From IMG/VR virus record IMGVR_UViG_3300022804_000001: 64,000 nucleotides of DNA; one strand, 5' to 3'. This DNA is from a virus. The notes under the pieces are model-generated. The model was given only the letters and a program-made list of their open reading frames with translations. It did not search any database and was not told where the DNA came from. Below are positions 59,775 through 64,000 of the stretch, in pieces; within the stretch, counting starts at the first letter, position 1, and each line of letters begins with the position of its first letter. The position numbers and the translations under genes are program-made.

Positions 59775-60737
59775 TTATCCTGTAGCTGCCGGATTAACGT
59801 CGCCGTAGAGTCCTTGCCTACGTAGACTATTCGGCATCACATTTCCGAACCAGATCACAACCATAAACTGTCCCAAATTACGAGGCATTACCATCCAATC
59901 ACGCTTCTTCATATTGTAGCGTTCATGGCTTGTCCAAAAGATATGGTCAAAGTTCAAAGCATATACCTTATGGCGTGTGGGACCATCCGTATCACAGTTT
60001 TTGTCCTTGATAACAGGGATACCGCGGATCGTAATGTTGCGGAACTGAGCATTCGCCAGCATGGTATTTTCAAAACGCTCTTTCGGGTCAAGCGTTGCCT
60101 CTATCCTGTCATACATTTGGGTTGATGTTAGCAATATGTCCGGTTCAATCTCACCATCAGAAACATCAGAAATAAGAGTTGTGAGATCAAACATATTGAA
60201 TGCGCGTGCCGTACTACTTCTTTTGATGAAGGATCGCCACCATTCATATTTACTACGGTCAATGTTGCCAAACATACCCCGATTTTCAAAGATGTCGCCC
60301 AGTCCATTGATCTGGAGTGTGCCACCACCGCGAGAATAGAGATGTCGGCTGAAACGCTCACGCATGAATTTCATATAGAGCGAAATCCGTCGCGATGTAT
60401 AGTTCCAAAAAGCTGTTTCACTACTGCCATTGTCCGCAATATCAGAATCCCAAAGTGGTATCGTTTGCACATAGTATCTTGGGCGATACTGCGCGGCATC
60501 GTGACCTTCCACTTCATTTGTGTTAAAGCCACCACGCGCCTCAATCGCACCACCCGTTTGACCGGTTTCGTCCTTACTGATCTCCAAACCAGTTCGGACA
60601 TACGTGCCACCAGGATACGTGCGCTCGGTTGTTTTCAATGCCATCAAACCGACATGCTTGTGGAACACCTCATCCGTGATAATCCCATCCGCATAATCGT
60701 GCGTAAAAGCATTGAGTTCGCCTAAATTGGCTGACAT
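59775..60737 (-). CDS. major capsid protein (by synteny)
   Basis: 320-aa ORF immediately downstream of the scaffold-like and portal-like genes. Size is typical of HK97-fold podovirus-type coats. Confidence 0.6.
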   Translation of the reverse strand: MSANLGELNAFTHDYADGIITDEVFHKHVGLMALKTTERTYPGGTYVRTGLEISKDETGQTGGAIEARGGFNTNEVEGHDAAQYRPRYYVQTIPLWDSDIADNGSSETAFWNYTSRRISLYMKFMRERFSRHLYSRGGGTLQINGLGDIFENRGMFGNIDRSKYEWWRSFIKRSSTARAFNMFDLTTLISDVSDGEIEPDILLTSTQMYDRIEATLDPKERFENTMLANAQFRNITIRGIPVIKDKNCDTDGPTRHKVYALNFDHIFWTSHERYNMKKRDWMVMPRNLGQFMVVIWFGNVMPNSLRRQGLYGDVNPAATG

Positions 60738-60773
60738 TCTTTCCTTCCATTACCACCACCAAAAATTATGTGT

Positions 60774-61721
60774 TTATGCAAAAGCCGAATAATGTTGAGC
60801 AATCGAAGCACCATCAAACGGGTTCAGTTTCCCACCACCACGTGGTTCGTCTGTATTATTTGTTGATGTACCATTATTGCTATTAGAAGATTGTTGCTGT
60901 CCAACAACACCCGTGTTTTTGCCACGATTTTCAGTTGCCTCTTGCACTTGGGTCTGAACCTGTTCTTGTTGCTGCTGGTTCTGTTGTTGAACTATTCTGG
61001 CGTAAAGCGCAGACTCCGCCAAAATGTTCACATCTTGAACTCTACCGTTAGACCTTTGAAAAGCCGATTCAAGTTCAGCGCGTGTCACGTTGTAATGCTG
61101 CATCGCACGTTGAATTTCGAACTCAGTATTCGTTCTCTCAGAAGTATCTTCAGCAGCCTGTAACTGCTTTTTGGTCTCATGCAACTCTTTGCGAGTTGTG
61201 TTAATACCATCAACAAGTTTTTTCGTAAAACTGACCAACTTCTTCTCGCCATCAGAGACTAATTCCTCTTCATCAATCACATCATCAAACGTTATTTCCT
61301 CAAAGGTATCCTCTTCCACCGGCGTAGATTGATGTTGGGCAAGTTGTTGAGCAACCTGTGCAGCAACTTTGGCTTCGTTAGCAACTTGAATCGCATAAGC
61401 AGCCGCCGGATCAAACTGCGCGGAGGACTGCTGTGGGTTGCCTTGTTGTGGATTGCCTTGTTGTTGGTTCTGATCACCTTCCTGTGAGTTATTATTCTGT
61501 TGAGAATTATCATTCTGTTGTGAGTTACCATTTTGCCCCGATGGTTCAGATTCAGAGACGTTACCGCTCTCGTTCCCTTCAAATGGAGGTACTCCCTGAT
61601 TCTGTTGTTGGCTCTGACCACCACCCTGCTCTTCTTGATTAGATTGCGTTGTTTGGGTCGTCCCTATCAGCGCATCAGCAGTGCCAGTGGGTTGTACTGT
61701 CCGACCAAAAATACCTGACAT
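60774..61721 (-). CDS. scaffolding protein
   Basis: 315 aa. The Gln/Asn-rich low-complexity N-terminal half includes a 15-nt tandem repeat encoding QQGNP x2. The C-terminal half is helical. It lies between portal and capsid. Confidence 0.6.
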   Translation of the reverse strand: MSGIFGRTVQPTGTADALIGTTQTTQSNQEEQGGGQSQQQNQGVPPFEGNESGNVSESEPSGQNGNSQQNDNSQQNNNSQEGDQNQQQGNPQQGNPQQSSAQFDPAAAYAIQVANEAKVAAQVAQQLAQHQSTPVEEDTFEEITFDDVIDEEELVSDGEKKLVSFTKKLVDGINTTRKELHETKKQLQAAEDTSERTNTEFEIQRAMQHYNVTRAELESAFQRSNGRVQDVNILAESALYARIVQQQNQQQQEQVQTQVQEATENRGKNTGVVGQQQSSNSNNGTSTNNTDEPRGGGKLNPFDGASIAQHYSAFA

Positions 61722-61736
61722 AAGTTATTCTCCTTT

Positions 61737-63902
61737 TTATTTATCACGTTCATTCTTTTTACGCTTAGCTTCATTTTTTGCAGCTATTTCTCTTTGTACA
61801 CGTGCACGGATTTCAGCTTCAGCCAGACGATATTGCCCTTCTGTATGGATTTCTTCCAGCTTCTGCTCATGTTCATCTTCATCAATTTCACGTTCAACAG
61901 CGAGCTGTTCCTCCATCATCTCTTTTTCCGATTCCATTTGTGAGGCAACCTCTTCCATTTTTAATCTCAGATCACGCATCCAATTCGGAAACTTGGTTTT
62001 CTCCATCAAACTTTGAATAGTAATAGCACCAATATCAAAATAATCCCGAGCCATCGTCGCTACCGCTTGCTGCGTCATACCACGCGTGCCCGTTTGGAGG
62101 CTTACATCAAAACTAATGAGATCAGAAGCTGGTAATTCCCATACTTGCTGGATTTCGTCATCATATTTGTCTATCTGCTCAAAGATATACGAGGCAAGTA
62201 TCTCGTATTCCTCCGGTGTGGTTTCCATTTCAGCATCCTCAAGCTGCTGCTGTAGGATTTGTTGTTTCTCCTGAATCATCGCAACCGCATCATAGCGGCT
62301 CGGCAACAACAAATTCACCGGGTTAAAACTGCCAAATTCCTCCTGAACCTGCCGCGTGTCCATATACTTGAACTTGCGTTCATCCGGCACAAAATCAAGA
62401 AACAAGCTCCCAATACAACGCAGTGCCTCCTTAATACCCTGATCCAAGAAAGTAGAGTGCATACTCGGCACAGTCATTGTCGACTGCTGCTGTATATCCA
62501 AAGCAACACCAGACTCCAGTTGGTTCGATTGCTGTCCTCTCTGTATCTCAGCTATACCCGATATTTCATCTATGTCTAACTCTGCCGAAATTGCCGACTC
62601 CACAACCTCTTTTGATAAACTTGGTGGAATCAGCCATCTCACACCACCGTCAGGAGAATTCGAATCAAAAGATACAATCGTTTCACCCGGTTCGCCTACC
62701 ACATCCTCTTGGCTCACATTCGATAACTGCGAAATAACCAAAATCGGATTAGACGCAAGCGACGCATGGTCAGCAATCTGTGAACGACGCTTGTTCAACT
62801 CCATCTGAGGCGATAGACAATGCCAAACAACTGAAGGTGAATAGATACGCTCCAAGTTAGGCGACATAGATAACGCCACATACGGATTGAACCCTAACTT
62901 GTTCGCTTTATCACGAAGCAGCTTGCCATCACAAATCGTGATAATACGACCATTCGGATACTTAAGCGGCGGAATCTCCTCCGAATCGTCATCTATCTCC
63001 ACTCCTTCAACACGCGTATCATCGTAATACAGGCATTCGTAAACATCGTAGGTATCCTTTCGTTTACCGCGACCAGGATGCATGGTGTGCATAGATGCAC
63101 CACCAGTGCCACCACCGCCTCGCGACGATTTACCCGTATTCAAATTGTCAACATATTGCTCTAAACGCGTTAAAGGTCTCCCTTTCGTGTCATTAACAAA
63201 ACCTGATCGAATTTCACCACCCGGATCCACATCATAAATACTCAGAATATCATTCCGAGTCATCTCCATCTTATGGATGACATACTTACACTTGAGTTTG
63301 CCGTCCCGGATCATCGCGCCTTCGTCTATAAATAAATCATAGTTGCTAACAGGCTCTATCTTGACCGTGCCACGACCACCATCGCCGTGTATATCCCAAA
63401 ATATCTTCAAAAACGATGTGGAATGCGACACCATCTGTTTAAGTGCCATCCCAAAAACAGAAAGCCAACTATTACGCTCCCACTCATGCGCAACAAACAT
63501 ATCCAACGTGTCAGCTATAATCGTATTGGCAGCATCACGACCAACATATTCCCATTCCGGTAAGCCTTCCATCAACAACGACACCCATTTCTCATGCATC
63601 TTGTGCAACTTGTTGATTGTGAGTTTCGCTTGCCAAGGGGAAAGTTCTACACGACCACCAAACGTCTCAAGCCAATCCCACTGCTCACCATCCAAAAAAC
63701 GATCACACGTCTCCCACATCCGAACAGCTTTGGTACGATAATCGCTTTCTTCGGACTCTTGTAAAAACCTCCTTACTAAATCTACCGCCTCAATTAGCGG
63801 CGTTTCATCAGGGTTATCCCTACGAATCGAACCAAGCTCCGACAACCGCCGACGTGGATCTAATCGCTCCGTGAAAATTGTGTCTGAACCCGGAAATAAC
63901 AC
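61737..63902 (-). CDS. portal protein (by size and synteny)
   Basis: 721 aa. The GTG start overlaps the upstream stop (TAGTG). Highly charged helical C-terminal tail. Scaffold and capsid genes follow. Confidence 0.6.
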   Translation of the reverse strand: MLFPGSDTIFTERLDPRRRLSELGSIRRDNPDETPLIEAVDLVRRFLQESEESDYRTKAVRMWETCDRFLDGEQWDWLETFGGRVELSPWQAKLTINKLHKMHEKWVSLLMEGLPEWEYVGRDAANTIIADTLDMFVAHEWERNSWLSVFGMALKQMVSHSTSFLKIFWDIHGDGGRGTVKIEPVSNYDLFIDEGAMIRDGKLKCKYVIHKMEMTRNDILSIYDVDPGGEIRSGFVNDTKGRPLTRLEQYVDNLNTGKSSRGGGGTGGASMHTMHPGRGKRKDTYDVYECLYYDDTRVEGVEIDDDSEEIPPLKYPNGRIITICDGKLLRDKANKLGFNPYVALSMSPNLERIYSPSVVWHCLSPQMELNKRRSQIADHASLASNPILVISQLSNVSQEDVVGEPGETIVSFDSNSPDGGVRWLIPPSLSKEVVESAISAELDIDEISGIAEIQRGQQSNQLESGVALDIQQQSTMTVPSMHSTFLDQGIKEALRCIGSLFLDFVPDERKFKYMDTRQVQEEFGSFNPVNLLLPSRYDAVAMIQEKQQILQQQLEDAEMETTPEEYEILASYIFEQIDKYDDEIQQVWELPASDLISFDVSLQTGTRGMTQQAVATMARDYFDIGAITIQSLMEKTKFPNWMRDLRLKMEEVASQMESEKEMMEEQLAVEREIDEDEHEQKLEEIHTEGQYRLAEAEIRARVQREIAAKNEAKRKKNERDK

Positions 63903-64000
63903 TATAATCTACCATTTTGGATCGCACTCAAAATAAAGTCTGTTACGCCAGAACGCGTCATAAGCAAGTCAATATCAATGTTCCTCGATTCAGCCAGCTT
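63902..64000 (-). CDS. 3' end of an upstream ORF (terminase large subunit suspected from position only)
   Basis: The frame is open from the window edge to TAG at 63904-63902 (...KLAESRNIDIDLLMTRSGVTDFILSAIQNGRL*). Confidence 0.35.
   Translation of the reverse strand, partial: KLAESRNIDIDLLMTRSGVTDFILSAIQNGRL

Overview
The window reads as one continuous segment of a tailed dsDNA phage or prophage genome (Caudoviricetes-like). It uses the standard genetic code and strong GGAG-type ribosome-binding sites. Genes are tightly packed, with many ATGA/TAATG/TAGTG stop-start overlaps. Layout: (i) 1-3.3 kb holds a small RHH-like ORF and two leftward exported proteins: a Cys/Ser/Thr/Pro-rich protein and a membrane-anchored protein with an HGDHWH histidine-triad motif. 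(ii) 3.3-17.8 kb is a rightward early/replication/lysogeny block. It encodes HTH proteins, a Rep-like winged-helix protein, DUF3768-like and DUF7007-like proteins, a DNA pol III beta clamp and a short tyrosine integrase. Two families of conserved, strand-specific 5' RNA elements and a tRNA 3'-half mimic punctuate this block. (iii) 17.8-64 kb is a leftward late block. In transcription order it carries a partial terminase-like ORF, portal, scaffold, major capsid, tail/fibre genes, a modular receptor-binding cassette and a lysis cassette (GH24 endolysin, holin-like protein, lipoprotein, DUF805). These are followed by a ~7 kb glycosyltransferase/methyltransferase island, an exported HExxH metallopeptidase, a Tat-signal mini-protein, Gly/Pro/Met-rich internal proteins and a 2,690-aa giant protein with polyvalent-protein architecture (ParB-like, intact JAMM motif, winged helix). 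Three genes sit on the opposite strand inside the late block; one of these, and separately a small leftward membrane-protein gene at 17783-17998, has a consensus or near-consensus sigma70 promoter (moron-like). I saw no rRNA, complete tRNA, CRISPR array, transposase or reverse transcriptase. All functional names come from motif recognition by eye and synteny. No database search was run, so family assignments need HMM or structure confirmation.
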